A DNA stretch of 63,113 nt, filler included, from Octopus bimaculoides (Eukaryota): NCBI RefSeq assembly GCF_001194135.2. It is 4 parts of 4 records of this genome, joined end to end, with 100 filler letters (N's around TTAATTAATTAA, not from the genome) between each part and the next. Parts side by side here need not be neighbours in the genome. Positions count along the whole stretch, not along the records: positions 1 to 27,643 come from NC_068981.1; 3 more parts are not named here. One strand, 5' to 3'. Under the pieces are notes generated by a model. The model was given only the letters and a program-made list of their open reading frames with translations, did not search any database and had not been told where the DNA came from. Position numbers and translations under genes: made by a program. This document shows, piece by piece, positions 1 to 12,953 of the stretch. Position 1 is the first letter of the stretch, and each line of letters begins with the position of its first letter.

Positions 1-48
<48 letters not shown>

Positions 49-539
49 GGATATACATGTATATATATATGTATATACATGTATACATATATACACATAC
101 ACACATATACAACACACATACACACACACACACAGACACACACACACACACACATATAAGGATTCAACAGAACCTGGAAATGGATAGGTGCGATGACAGT
201 CTCCACAGTAAGACAAGCAACAACGAACATATCACGTGTTGGAAGGATAGCTGCAGATATGTAAGTACTATATCCCCTTTAAATCGTAGATGTACTCTGA
301 AGTTCGTTCTAGGTGTGGTTTAGGTAGAAAAAGAGAACACATATGACGTTTAAAATATACAAACGCTTTTTATGTAGAATTTTATTTATGTATTCACAGA
401 TTTCAACATAACTTATAGTAAGACACCGATATCAGTGAAAAGTTTAAACAGGTAAGATGTCAAGCAGGTGAGATTTCATAACATCGAACGTTAGGAATCG
501 AACTTCGCTGGATAAGTGGTATTTAAGAAATATATGTAA

Positions 540-1745
540 AGACATATATAAATACATGGGCTCATGATGACAGACAAAGGGAAGTTGGAAAAGATTTGCA
601 AAACCTTCCACACCAACCGTTTTTAAATCGTAACCATAATTCTCCACCGCCACAAACGCTGGAAGAGGGGCAATCTACTCTGGTCAAAGTAATGGAAAAT
701 GCCCTCAAAGCTCCTGGGAATGATGGCGTCAAGACAGATATGTTACGATGCGGAAGTGAGGAGATGTAGAAAATCCTCGTTCTACGCTTCAAACGCTATC
801 TGATGGAAGGTAAAATACCGTCACTGTTGAAAAAGTCACATACCATTTTGCTTCATACTAAGGGTAGTAAAGAAGATTAAAATCCTATCGTCCTATATGC
901 CTCTTGTTTCTACCTCTAAAAGCTCTTTACAAAGGGCATAGTGACTTGGCTATCGAAACAACTCGATGACAAATATCCAAGACAGTGAGTTGTGTTAGAG
1001 TCAATATGATAGACAACGAAAGAATGAGTAAAAGTTACTTCTATCGTTTTAGTGATTACGAAAATGCCTTTTAACGGCGTCAATGATTGCAGTGTTGAAA
1101 TCTCCGGAAATGCATGGTGCCGAGGCGCAAGACACGAAACAGCTTAGACATGCGAAATCTAGAGGCATAACACATAGCTCTACTATCACTGCCAACAAAG
1201 GTCCATCACTCCGAAGCTCTTTACCACATGTTTACAAATGGTCATCAGGAACATTAACTGAACAGGAAGCGTGAATATTAATGGTGAGCAAGTAATACGT
1301 ATTCGACTAGTACTCATCGTTGTAACCACAGACCAGTCCCAGATCCTGCTGACAGAACTGGAAAATGCATAGTGTAGCAGTAGACCTTAAAATATACTGC
1401 ATGAAAACAACATATATGTCGCTGGAGGATGTAGCACTTATCAGAATAGAGGTGGAGAGTGATGAATTTGAATAGGTATGTCTAGTTAGAACACACAATG
1501 AATATGGATGCTGAAACCTCAAACACATTAAGGGCGGGATGGAAGATGTTTATCTCAATAGAGGATGGGTTCAAAACAAAGAAACACAATATCATTCGTG
1601 CCAGAATCTTCAGTAGCGCCGTCCTCTTATGCGCAAGTGAGACGTTGGCTACCACGAGAGGATAGAAAATCGATTCGCTACAACGTAGAGACCCATGAAA
1701 AAGAATGAGGTAATCCTGACAGAATCGAAAGCGCATTGTCATCAG
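540..1745 (+). mobile_element. Decayed RTE-clade LINE, reverse-transcriptase region (frameshifts and stops)
   Basis: Manual translation gives KAPGNDGVKTDMLRCGSEEM...EGKIPSLLKKSHTILLHTKGSKED..YRPICLL..KLFTK...KQLDD, later NINGEQ, RAGWK and ETLATT-like segments. These are RTE RT motifs in the expected order. Confidence 0.8.
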
Positions 1746-2355
1746 CGATGTAACATAGCATGTGATGGTCTGATCGATTCAGTGATTCTGTGATATATGC
1801 ACAAATGCTTATATTTTCGTGTTACAATAGAAATGGTTCATAAGGCATGAGCTGTGTAATTTGATTCATCTTTAGGACGTTCTGTGTTAAAATTTCTCAA
1901 TTTCGGAGAAATTTTAATTTATTTGCTTTATAATAATATACCCTGTATGATTTAATAAAATCAAATCCGGATAGATGAGCATTTTGCTATAACAATTTAC
2001 AGTTGAAGAAATTGCATGTGAGTTCGCAATATGCCGATATTTTGCGATATTCTCTTGTTTCAGATTGTGGTAATTCCCAGCATATATATTTATGGGTATT
2101 TGTATGTGATTTTCTTTGTACCAGCTGGAGAAATATTCAGACGAGTGTATAGGCGCTTAAAACCATTTGACTACCAGACACAGAGTAGTACACCACAGAG
2201 CATATATTGAATATATATATATATATATATACTTATTATAGCATATATTTTTATTTTAATACGTTTTGATTTCATTTATATGCTATTTACGTTCAACTAC
2301 TAATATTGCTGTTCGTCTTGTTGCTGTTCTTGATTTTCTTTTTATTTTATTGACA

Positions 2356-2394
<39 letters not shown>

Positions 2395-3314
2395 NNNNNN
2401 NNNNNNNNNNNNNNNNNNNNNNNNNNNNNNNNNNNNNNNNNNNNNNNNNNNNNNNNNNNNNNNNNNNNNNNNNNNNNNNNNNNNNNNNNNNNNNNNNNNN
2501 NNNNNNNNNNNNNNNNNNNNNNNNNNNNNNNNNNNNNNNNNNNNNNNNNNNNNNNNNNNNNNNNNNNNNNNNNNNNNNNNNNNNNNNNNNNNNNNNNNNN
2601 NNNNNNNNNNNNNNNNNNNNNNNNNNNNNNNNNNNNNNNNNNNNNNNNNNNNNNNNNNNNNNNNNNNNNNNNNNNNNNNNNNNNNNNNNNNNNNNNNNNN
2701 NNNNNNNNNNNNNNNNNNNNNNNNNNNNNNNNNNNNNNNNNNNNNNNNNNNNNNNNNNNNNNNNNNNNNNNNNNNNNNNNNNNNNNNNNNNNNNNNNNNN
2801 NNNNNNNNNNNNNNNNNNNNNNNNNNNNNNNNNNNNNNNNNNNNNNNNNNNNNNNNNNNNNNNNNNNNNNNNNNNNNNNNNNNNNNNNNNNNNNNNNNNN
2901 NNNNNNNNNNNNNNNNNNNNNNNNNNNNNNNNNNNNNNNNNNNNNNNNNNNNNNNNNNNNNNNNNNNTGTAGAAAATCTTCGTGGATTTTGCAGATACTA
3001 AATATATATTAAAAAAAAAAGGAGACAAAACGTAAGGAAACAAACGCAAGAAAACGCAAGGAAACAAAAACTAATATTAAAACAAAAAAAAACTATATAT
3101 AGCTATATAAAAATACGAGTTAAAACAAAGAAAAAATGCCTAATCTACATGCCAATGGAATCTTGTCGCTGTGAAATTGAATTTATTATCAAGTGTGGAA
3201 AAATTTGACATGTATCTATTATCCGTTAGTCTACTCTGGGTGTCTGTCAGTCTGACATTCTCTGTATTAGTATCCCCTCTCTCCTTCATACGTCTTCTTA
3301 TATAATTTGTTTAT

Positions 3315-3315
3315 A

Positions 3316-3380
<65 letters not shown>

Positions 3381-3391
3381 GTCTGTTTAAA

Positions 3392-3437
<46 letters not shown>
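3315..3437. repeat. (TCTA)n microsatellite
   Basis: Directly visible tandem TCTA repeat. Confidence 0.95.
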
Positions 3438-3442
3438 CCTAA

Positions 3443-3800
3443 AGATGGGTGAACGTAGCAAGGACGGCACGTGTGAATGACGGAGCCACCTTGAGCATAG
3501 TCCTATGATCTAGAAAAAGAAAGGAAAAAAGAGAGTCACTTACTGTAATGTGTTTTTTGCATGACATTATTGCACGAGGTTACCGTGGTCTTTTCCGTAG
3601 ACTTTTCTTTCCACGGATAAACACTTTTACATTATGACATTTCTGTGATACACGATCCCTATTTATCGGCTCCTTTTTTTTTTTCCATGATCCCTTTTGA
3701 TCGAATTTCTACCCCACTTTTTTTTCTCTTCCCAAAAAGAAAAGGTCTACTTTGTATTGTGTCCCCTCTATGTTCAACCAAGTGTGGCCAATAAAGAAAC
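3443..3800 (+). mobile_element. 5'-truncated L1/Tx1-clade LINE 3' end: ORF2 C-terminus, 3' UTR and poly(A) signal
   Basis: 3443-3508 reads [21 protein letters not shown], resembling Tx1-type ORF2 C-termini. A T-rich UTR follows, ending GTCCCCTCTATGTTCAACCAAGTGTGGCCAATAAA (AATAAA at 3790-3795). Confidence 0.65.
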
Positions 3801-4177
3801 ATATCTATACCACTCTCTGTCTGTCTGTCTGCCTGTCGGTATATCAATTTCCTTTTCTACAAGTGTGTGATGTCATAAATAACAAAGGTACTTATTCATG
3901 TATCATTTTATACTTATAGATACACACATATATTCAAACACATACATTCATATATATGTGTATATATTTATACATACACAGTGACATATATGTAGTGTGT
4001 ATGAGAGAGAGAAAGAGAAAGAGACAAAGAGAAAATCATGCATACTTATACATGTGCGTGCATATTGAAGCACACTTGCATAGACACATATAGACACGAA
4101 GGAACACAGATGCATGTAGTAATGATTAGAAGAGAGGCATTACTCATGATGTTTAAATTTTGTGACATACTGCTAAA

Positions 4178-4569
4178 GTGGAGGCGCAATGGCCCAGTGG
4201 TTAGGGCAGCGGACTCGCGGTCATAGGATCACGGTTTCGATTCCTACACCGGACGTTGTGAGTGTTTATTGAGCGAAAACACCTAAAGCTCCATGAGACT
4301 CCGGCAGGGGATGGAGGTGAACCCTGCTGTACTCTTCCACCACATCTTTCTCTCACTCCTACTTCCTGCTTCTGCTGTGCCTGTAATTCAAGCCTTGTCA
4401 CACTTGTCACACTGTGTCACGCTGAATATCCCCGAGAACTACGTTAAGGGTACACATTTCTGTGGAGTGCTCAGCCACTTGCACGTTAATTTTACAAGCA
4501 GGCTGTTCCGTTGATCGGATCAACTGGAACCCTAAACGTCGTAAGCACCGGAGTGCCAACAACAACAAC
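4178..4569 (+). mobile_element. tRNA-derived SINE (family 1), apparently full length, with (AAC)n tail
   Basis: A box TGGCCCAGTGG (4190-4200) and B box GGTTTCGATTCC (4233-4244). The body is shared with copies at 31582-31836 and 60498-60835. Confidence 0.85.
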
Positions 4570-5175
4570 TGCTAAAATATAGGCAGTAATGCTTGTAGAT
4601 ATTCCGTGGCAGCAGCAATGATTTCTAAATTCCTTGTTCATGGGCTAGAAATATAGGTTACAGTATTTCGAATAAGATCTAGCAGATGAGAAGCATTGAG
4701 GATATGGGTGTTTGGGTGTGTTTCGCATAGTTTGTTTTGAAGTCGTTCCGGAATTTTCAGCTATGTGTTAGTAGCAAATAGAAAAGTCAAATACAAGTAA
4801 CAACGTGCTTGTAAGTTATTGAAGGTTATTGATTTATAGAATTTCGGATGTGATCTAGGATTTTTATTCTTGTACAGGGTGACACTTTTCATTGTAAGCA
4901 ATGCTTTTTTTCTAGGTCTTCGTAGAACTTTGTTCACCATCAGTAACTGATCATGGTTGAAGCATTTTCCGGCTTTAAAGCAGAATCGTATATTCTGTGA
5001 TGAAGTTTTGGCAATGTTGTATGTATGTATGTATGTATGTATGTATGTATGTATGTATGAACGTACGTATGTATGTGTGTGTATGTATGTACGTACGTAT
5101 GTATGAATGTATGAGTGTATGTATGTATGTTTGTGTGTATGTATATATATATGCGTGTGTGTGTGTGTATATATG

Positions 5176-5233
<58 letters not shown>

Positions 5234-6272
5234 CGTGTGTGTATAGTATCGTCGAGAAAGATGATGCGATATCGTAGCTTAGCATTATTGACTTTGAAGT
5301 TTTCATGGCACCAGAAAATGAGGTTCAAACCTGTTTCTTTGACACGAACATTTTATACCATCTACGTGCTGTTGGAAGAGACTACCTAACCTCAAGTGTT
5401 CGTTTGAAGAATGTTCCCTAAATCGTTGTTCTTAGAATCATTTTCTATCTGAATGAGGTCACTAGATTGTATGCAGATAACGTGAGCATGTACAACATTT
5501 TGCAAGTCATAAATAAATGAAAGAGATTTTGTAAGAGACTACGTTTCTGGAGTACAAATCGTTACGAATACAGGAATGAAAAAGTGAGAAAGACATTGTC
5601 ATCTCCCATATTTACACAGCCTTAAAAAACATAAAAAGAACTGAGATCGATTCCATCGACTAAAAAAATGTTTAAGGGTGTATCCCATCATGGTTACAGT
5701 GTTCTGCTTGAAGCAAATAAAAAATAAAAGACTAAAAAGAATCGCCTCAGGAAATGAGAAAGAGAAAAGACAGTGACGGAGAAGGGGAACGGCAGAGAGA
5801 GAGAGAGAGAGAGGTGGTGAGAGAGGGGTAAAGAAAAGGGAAAATATAGGGAGAGAGTGCGAGCAGCAAGAGGAGAGAGGGAAGTGGGAGAAAGAGTAGG
5901 AGAGCGGACCAGTGTGAAACGTGCAAATTTGTGAGATTGTTCTTATGAGATTGTTGTGAGATTGTAACACATGAAGTTGAATGCTTTGTTGATATCTAGT
6001 GCAACAAGATTGTCATCGATGAAATTTTTTGAAGGGTGTATCCCTAATAGGTGGTATATAACAGTTAATGTCCAGTAGATTAAAGCAGCTTATAAATTTG
6101 GTCGTGAAAGATACAGTATGACGAAGAAGAGTTGATCTAGAACGGTTTACATGATATTTGCAATATTTGAAGGGCAATGTGTTTGTCGTTACAAGGTTGA
6201 GAGAAGTATCGTCTCCGGTAATCGACACATGGTTATATGTACACACATACGTTTATGGATTATGATGAATGT

Positions 6273-6318
<46 letters not shown>

Positions 6319-6329
6319 ANNNNNNNNNN

Positions 6330-6368
<39 letters not shown>

Positions 6369-6625
6369 ATATAATCTATCTATCTATCTATCTATCTATA
6401 TATATATATATATATAAAATCCATTTTCTCTGTTCATAATGCATTCTCAAACGGCTGACCCAGATCAAATCAAATTTGAAATGTAATTTTGGTGGAGTAA
6501 AACGGCGCAACATTGGCACTGGTTCCATATTATGTCTCAAAACCCGAAGAATAAAAGTGAAACCTTCGACGAGTAACAGTAAAAATAGTTACAGTATTAT
6601 ATTGTTTCACTAAGTATATATATTC

Positions 6626-6669
<44 letters not shown>

Positions 6670-7103
6670 NNNNNNNNNNNNNNNNNNNNNNNNNNNNNNN
6701 NNNNNNNNNNNNNNNNNNNNNNNNNNNNNNNNNNNNNNNNNNNNNNNNNNNNNNNNNNNNNNNNNNNNNNNNNNNNNNNNNNNNNNNNNNNNNNNNNNNN
6801 NNNNNNNNNNNNNNNNNNNNNNNNNNNNNNNNNNNNNNNNNNNNNNNNNNNNNNNNNNNNNNNNNNNNNNNNNNNNNNNNNNNNNNNNNNNNNNNNNNNN
6901 NNNNNNNNNNNNNNNNNNNNNNNNNNNNNNNNNNNNNNNNNNNNNNNNNNNNNNNNNNNNNNNNNNNNNNNNNNNNNNNNNNNNNNNNNNNNNNNNNNNN
7001 NNNNNNNNNNNNNNNNNNNNNNNNNNNNNNNNNNNNNNNNTATATATATGTATGTATGTATGTATGTATATGTATACATGTATATATGTATTTATATATG
7101 TTG

Positions 7104-7137
<34 letters not shown>

Positions 7138-7224
7138 ATTTATGCATATATATATGTATGAATATGTGTGTACATATATTTCTGTGTATATATAGGTTTA
7201 CGCCGATAGCGTTTCCTCTCACCC

Positions 7225-7559
7225 GAGGGCATATGGTGTAGTGGTTAAGAGCGCGGGCTACTAACCCCAATATTCCGAGTTCGATTCCAGTCAGTAACCA
7301 GAATAATAATAATAATAATAATGATAATAATAATATTGATAATAATAATAATAATAATAACAGCAACAACAACAACAACATCGAAAAATACCTTAGGAAT
7401 GAGAACCCAGATTCGAAATTTCCCAGAGACACCTGATGAAGGCTGGAGGGTAAATCAGCCGAAACGTTGTGTTAACAACAAACAAGATGAGGACAAATAT
7501 CCGTCAAATGTAAATAATGTAAATAATGTACATAATTCCTCATCTATTAAATATAGAAC
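7225..7559 (+). mobile_element. tRNA-headed SINE-like element: head, (AAT)n(AAC)n spacer, hammerhead-containing tail
   Basis: A box TGGTGTAGTGG (7234-7244), B box GAGTTCGATTCC (7277-7288), trinucleotide spacer ~7302-7380, hammerhead core 7428-7473. Confidence 0.7.
7428..7473 (+). ncRNA. Minimal type-I hammerhead ribozyme motif
   Basis: Stem I GACAC/GTGTT; CTGATGA; extra A; stem II GGCTG/CAGCC; GAAA; palindromic ACGT stem III; predicted cleavage after GUU at 7468. Confidence 0.75.
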
Positions 7560-7894
7560 TTGTGTGTGTGTGGTGCGTGCGTGTGTGTGTGTGTTTGTGT
7601 GTGCGTGTGTGTATGTATGTGTGTATTCGTTTATTCTTTTACTTTTTTATTTGTTTCATTGATTTTAGTGAAGCCAGACTGGTGTACCGCCTTGAAGAAG
7701 TGTTTTCGTCGAACAACTGGAGCGCAGAATTTTTTTTCCCAGAACTCATTCTATCAGTCCCTTTGTCGAACCGCTACGTTACGGTAAACAACCCCAACAC
7801 TGGCTGTCAAGCGGTGATGAGTGGGGGCCAAACACAGGTACACACAAACACACACACGCAGTACACACACATACACATACATATGTATGCCACG

Positions 7895-8035
7895 GGCTTC
7901 TTTCAGTTTCTTTCTACCAAATCCACTTAAAAGGTATTGATCGGCGTGTGATTATATGTGAAGACACTTGTGCAAGGCGCCACGCAATAGGAGTGAACCC
8001 GGAACGGTGTGGCTGGGAAGCAAGCTTTGTACCAA
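7895..8035 (-). mobile_element. tRNA-derived SINE (family 2) head
   Basis: Contains TTTCAGTTTC..CTACCAAATCCACT...GAACCCGGAAC, homologous to 23885-24030, 47512-47665 and 62012-62148. Confidence 0.75.
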
Positions 8036-8259
8036 ATAACAATATGTATGTGTGGGATGTGTATGCACGTGCATANNNNNNNNNNNNNNNNNNNNNNNNN
8101 NNNNNNNNNNNNNNNNNNNNNNNNNNNNNNNNNNNNNNNNNNNNNNNNNNNNNNNNNNNNNNNNNNNNNNNNNNNNNNNNNNNNNNNNNNNNNNNNNNNN
8201 NNNNNNNNNNNNNNNNNNNNNNNNNNNNNNNNNNNNNNNNNNNNNNNNNNNNNNNNNNN

Positions 8260-8455
8260 GGGTGTTTGTGTTTGTCTCCTCACCATCACTTGACAACCGA
8301 TGTTTTTAGGTTTACGTCCCTTTAACTTAGCGGTTTGCCAAAAGAACCGATAGAATAAGTACTAGGCTTACAAAGAATAAGTCCTGGGATCGATTTTTTC
8401 GACTAAAGGCAGTGCTCCAGCATCGCCGCAGTCAAATGACTGAAACAAATGAAAG
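8260..8455 (+). mobile_element. SINE family 2 tail
   Basis: CACCATCACTTGACAACC...GATAGAATAAGTACTAGGCTTACAAAGAATAAGTCCTGGG is nearly identical to 62200-62375. Confidence 0.8.
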
Positions 8456-10994
8456 ACTATATATATGATGATGATTGCTTCATGATGAAAAATGGCAGCC
8501 GGCTCATCAACACACACATACCGCACCCCGTCACACAGCACAATCACTCCGTTGATGAGCCCTTAGATGACATTTAAGACCAGCTGCTGCCTGACAGGGT
8601 GTAAAACACAAGTGACAAATATTCAAGTTTCTTCTATATCTTTGCCCTTTGGAATCTGATCCTGAAGGAATGTTTTTGTGAACTAGCATACGTCTTTAAG
8701 TCCAGATATTGTCTTACAAGTTTTGTGACATATGAAACAAGTGGAATGAGGCTATCGGTGTCCAAGATCATTACATACCTGGGCATTTCGCTTTTCATGT
8801 GACTTCTTATGATTCACGTATCCTGCTTTTGACAACAGAACACGATCACTTATAATACATATCCAATGTTCACTGTTGATTACATTTCCAATTTTTCCTT
8901 TGCGACAGGCCCTGTTAAGCTCAGAGTGCTGAATCATCTTTTCGTCCCAGGTATTACAACCAATCCTACATATGCGTTACTATTATGAAAACAACAGCAC
9001 ACTGGGTATTTAACAGAAGGCTAGCATTATGTACTTTGTGAGTCCAGTTATCAATGCATTTCGACATTTTGATTCTGCGTTGTGGAACAAAACTCTTGCC
9101 GTACTTGTGAAGTCGACAGGATCTCGTTGCAGTGGAAGATGACTGACTGTTGTAAGTGATGGTGAAATGGACTGAAAAGCGCGTAGGAAAAGTATGCGCT
9201 TGAAGGACGTTTCTTGGACTAGCTTCGGTGTGGAATGCTAACCAAGAAACAAAAATTAAGGGAGTCATGTCAACAGAATTACATTAGCTAATGAGTATTA
9301 ATCAATAGGATTTTGTAAATTTAGGATGGATGTTCTAGACAAGACTACGCCGTTGTGCTGCAGCCTTGGCGGTGGAAAACTGTCAAAGAGATGTACAACC
9401 CACAGAGTTGTCTTTATTCCCTTGTTGGCAGAATTTTGGGTGCCGTCGAGGAAGTTAAAAGCTTTACTATATGGAGTTGATAAATCACTTCTGCCAGATG
9501 TTACAGATGTAGTAGTTTGCCTGGATTGTAGTAAAAGTGCTACGGCTAAACAACGTGTGAATTTAGTGGTTTATGGACTTCGGTTTAGTGAAGAATGTGT
9601 AGAAACATGCATATGCATAAGATGATGGTCTAGATTACCCAAATATTTTCATTGGTGAAACACATTCGCTGTTAGCTTGACAACATAGAACTAGTGGAGT
9701 ACCGATTAATTTGCTGAGTTGCTGCACAAGAGCACGTAGCAGAGAACTTGTTTATTCGGAGAACTTGCAATGTTTTATTTTGACAATGTATGATATTAAG
9801 TTGACATATTAAGTTGAATTATATTAGTTTTATTATTGCCGTTTCTTTCTTCATTTATTTTACACAATTTGCTTTTTTCTGTTCTACCTGTTTCACTTTC
9901 TTGTTGTTATTAGCTGTAGTGATAATTCAACCTTTGTTGCTATTATTGCAGTTATATTTTGTACCACTAACACATTGCTATAAATGTGTTCTGTTGTTTT
10001 TTATTGTACGTCAATCATTAAAACTGTTGTTATTTTTATTCTTATTCTTATTGTTCTCTTGTCACTTTTATTGTTACCTTTATTGATATTTATGTTTATT
10101 TATCGTTCTAGTTATTATTAATACTGCTTTAAGTTGAATGAAAAAAAAAATGCAGTCATGATCAGTCACGTTGTTGTGTTTGAACATCGGAAGAGATATC
10201 ATACACGGTGGCAGCATGCAACTCATGATCAGCAACGAATTGAGAATTATCATGTCGAAAGTGCAAAGTTTATAGTTTACTGCAACTGGCGCTAACAAAC
10301 AAACTTTTGTAGGAGCAGGAAAATTTGAGAATGTTATTTTGGCAAGAGACCAGAAGGTTCTCCTACAATTTACTAGTTCAAAAAAATTCGTGATCTGATC
10401 GATGCCTAAATATTCCTTTTATGTACCCAGTGTATAAGTTGTGGGAGGTGTTTTACAAACACAAAAAAAAACTTCTATCTTCCTAACACGTATCAACAAA
10501 ACATTCAAACACACATTCTCACACATATGTATGAATATTTGTGTTTATGTACGTATATGTATAGAGATATTGTGTGTGTTTGTGTGTGTGTGTGTGTGTG
10601 TGTNNNNNNNNNNNNNNNNNNNNNNNNNNNNNNNNNNNNNNNNNNNNNNNNNNNNNNNNNNNNNNNNNNNNNNNNNNNNNNNNNNNNNNNNNNNNNNNNN
10701 NNNNNNNNNNNNNNNNNNNNNNNNNNNNNNNNNNNNNNNNNNNNNNNNNNNNNNNNNNNNNNNNNNNNNNNNNNNNNNNNNNNNNNNNNNNNNNNNNNNN
10801 NNNNNNNNNNNNNNNNNNNNNNNNNNNNNNNNNNNNNNNNNNNNNNNNNNNNNNNNNNNNNNNNNNNNNNNNNNNNNNNNNNNNNNNNNNNNNNNNNNNN
10901 NNNNNNNNNNNNNNNNNNNNNNNNNNNNNNNNNNNNNNNNNNNNNNNNNNNNNNNNNNNNNNNNNNNNNNNNNNNNNNNNNNNNNNNNNNNNNN

Positions 10995-11046
<52 letters not shown>

Positions 11047-12084
11047 ACACAGACACACACACACACACAGACACACACACACGCACACACATCACAGAAC
11101 CTTCAAACATTAGATACTAACATATAAGGATTATGTAAGCCTAGTTAGATTATCTATGAAGAAAAGCAAACATTACCAATGTGAGTGGTCTTCACAAACT
11201 ATGAATGCACAAAACCTTTTCACTTTACAAGAATGAAAGAAAACTCACAAGAATGCGACTAACATATAAGAGATTCACAATCAAGCATAATAAATGAGTA
11301 TTCCCCTCATCACCTGCCAAACGGTATCACTATGGCTTCGACACCTGGGGAATACCATTCAATGCGGCGGTGTTAATAGCATTAACGATACACACACTGC
11401 CCGGAAATCCACCAGCTTATTAGTACAAGTAACAACAATTGATTAAACGAATAGTAATAACTTAAAACTACAAAATACTACTCACAACAGAGAACTAATT
11501 CCATAAAGAATATTCAGACAATACAACACACATAGACTCTCAAATAATTTGTTTCTCACTCAACAAACACACCTCGAACGTGATATCACGCGCAAAACAA
11601 GCCTAATAAAGATTAGTCGAAAAACACGTCCTCGAACTATGTACAAACAAAAGACTATAAAATATATTAACAAACTAAATTGCTTATTACAAGTAACAGA
11701 AAATAAAAAAGGGTGATAGAAGTAAATTAAATTAAAACATATTCTGGTGTGTCTGAGGAGAGTCATTCTTTTTTACTGCCTTATAATTTAATATATATGT
11801 ATATATATATATATTGATTTTTTTTAAATAGTCAGCAACTATTGAAAAGGTTGCAAGATGCAACGAAAATTTTAGAAAAATATATACGTAAATGAGTGGA
11901 AATTCTACCGGTGTGTGTGTTAAATTATAAGGCACAAAAAGAAAATGACTCTCCCCAGACACAGGAGAAAATGCTTCAACACACGAACTCTCACAAAAAA
12001 TCTTGCACATCAAATCTAAAAACGAAATAAATTAAAACAAATATGCATATAAATAAATAATATGGCCGTAACAAACGTATATAC

Positions 12085-12124
<40 letters not shown>

Positions 12125-12679
12125 AATTCAAAGAAATAATTAATAACACGTGCTAACTGCAAAGAGACTAACTCATCCATCATAATTATACGGACAACGA
12201 GCTAATTCCTTGGGAGCAACTCAAATTATCCTTAATTATAGAATAAGAAAATATACATGTAGTTTAAATCAAAGTATACATTTACAGACTATAAAGAGTG
12301 AATACCACTAGTTTCACTTCTATAGCACAAAATAAAGTGTTTGCAAAGTGGTTTCTTTTACAATACAACCAAGTTTGCGCGCTGTTATATAAATGTCAGC
12401 ACACGCGCACGTATGTTAAGCATTCAAATATTTAGTCAATGTGAGTGAGTGAATGTATGTATGTGGGACAGAGTGTGAGCGAACATGTGTGCATACGAAC
12501 ATGCGATTTATGAGCGTGATGCTGACGTTAAAAATTTTACTGTAATTCTATTTCTGTTATTCCCACTTTTCTCATTTTTTGCTCATACTTAAAAAAGTAC
12601 ATACATATATACATTTATTTATATGTATGTCTGTATACATACATACATACATGCATACATACATACATACATATATATG

Positions 12680-12710
<31 letters not shown>

Positions 12711-12836
12711 GTCCGGGTGGAGAATTATACCAGATATAATACTATACAAAATACCGAAAGGATCTTCACCTCTTACATCACACATTTCTTCTTACTTCAA
12801 CGTAGAGATGGTATAATTTCCTGGGAGAGAGATATT

Positions 12837-12953
12837 TTTTGCGGCTGAAGATAGCTTTACATTGTAGATTATACACATATTATATTATGTTATATTATAT
12901 TATGTTATATTATATTATACACATGTAGAGCTTGAAACACGTGTACCGCGGAA
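12837..12953 (+). ncRNA. Type-I hammerhead ribozyme motif with a microsatellite-expanded loop II
   Basis: Stem I TTTTGCGG/CCGCGGAA; CTGAAGA (12845-12851); 10-bp stem II AGCTTTACAT/ATGTAGAGCT; GAAA (12934-12937); palindrome ACACGTGT; GUA cleavage triplet ending at 12945. The pair closing stem II is a U-U mismatch. Confidence 0.7.

Noticed and set aside
4178-4260. Functional tRNA gene (also considered at 7225-7297)
   Set aside because: A and B boxes are present but there is no consistent cloverleaf or terminator, and the sequence continues into SINE bodies.
8545-8620. Hammerhead-like TTGATGA-GCCCT..AGGGT-GTAAA
   Set aside because: GAAA is disrupted, and stem I and the cleavage triplet are not in register.
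9165-9215. CTGAAAA plus a 9-bp hairpin
   Set aside because: It lacks G8, GAAA and stem I; only a hairpin.
9326-9625. 99-aa non-repetitive ORF in a GC-richer patch
   Set aside because: No recognisable motif in any of the six frames read by eye; may be decayed transposon, but unsupported.
11338-11357. GACACCTGGGAATACC resembling the 5S rRNA 3' part
   Set aside because: The match is too short and the flanks do not align.
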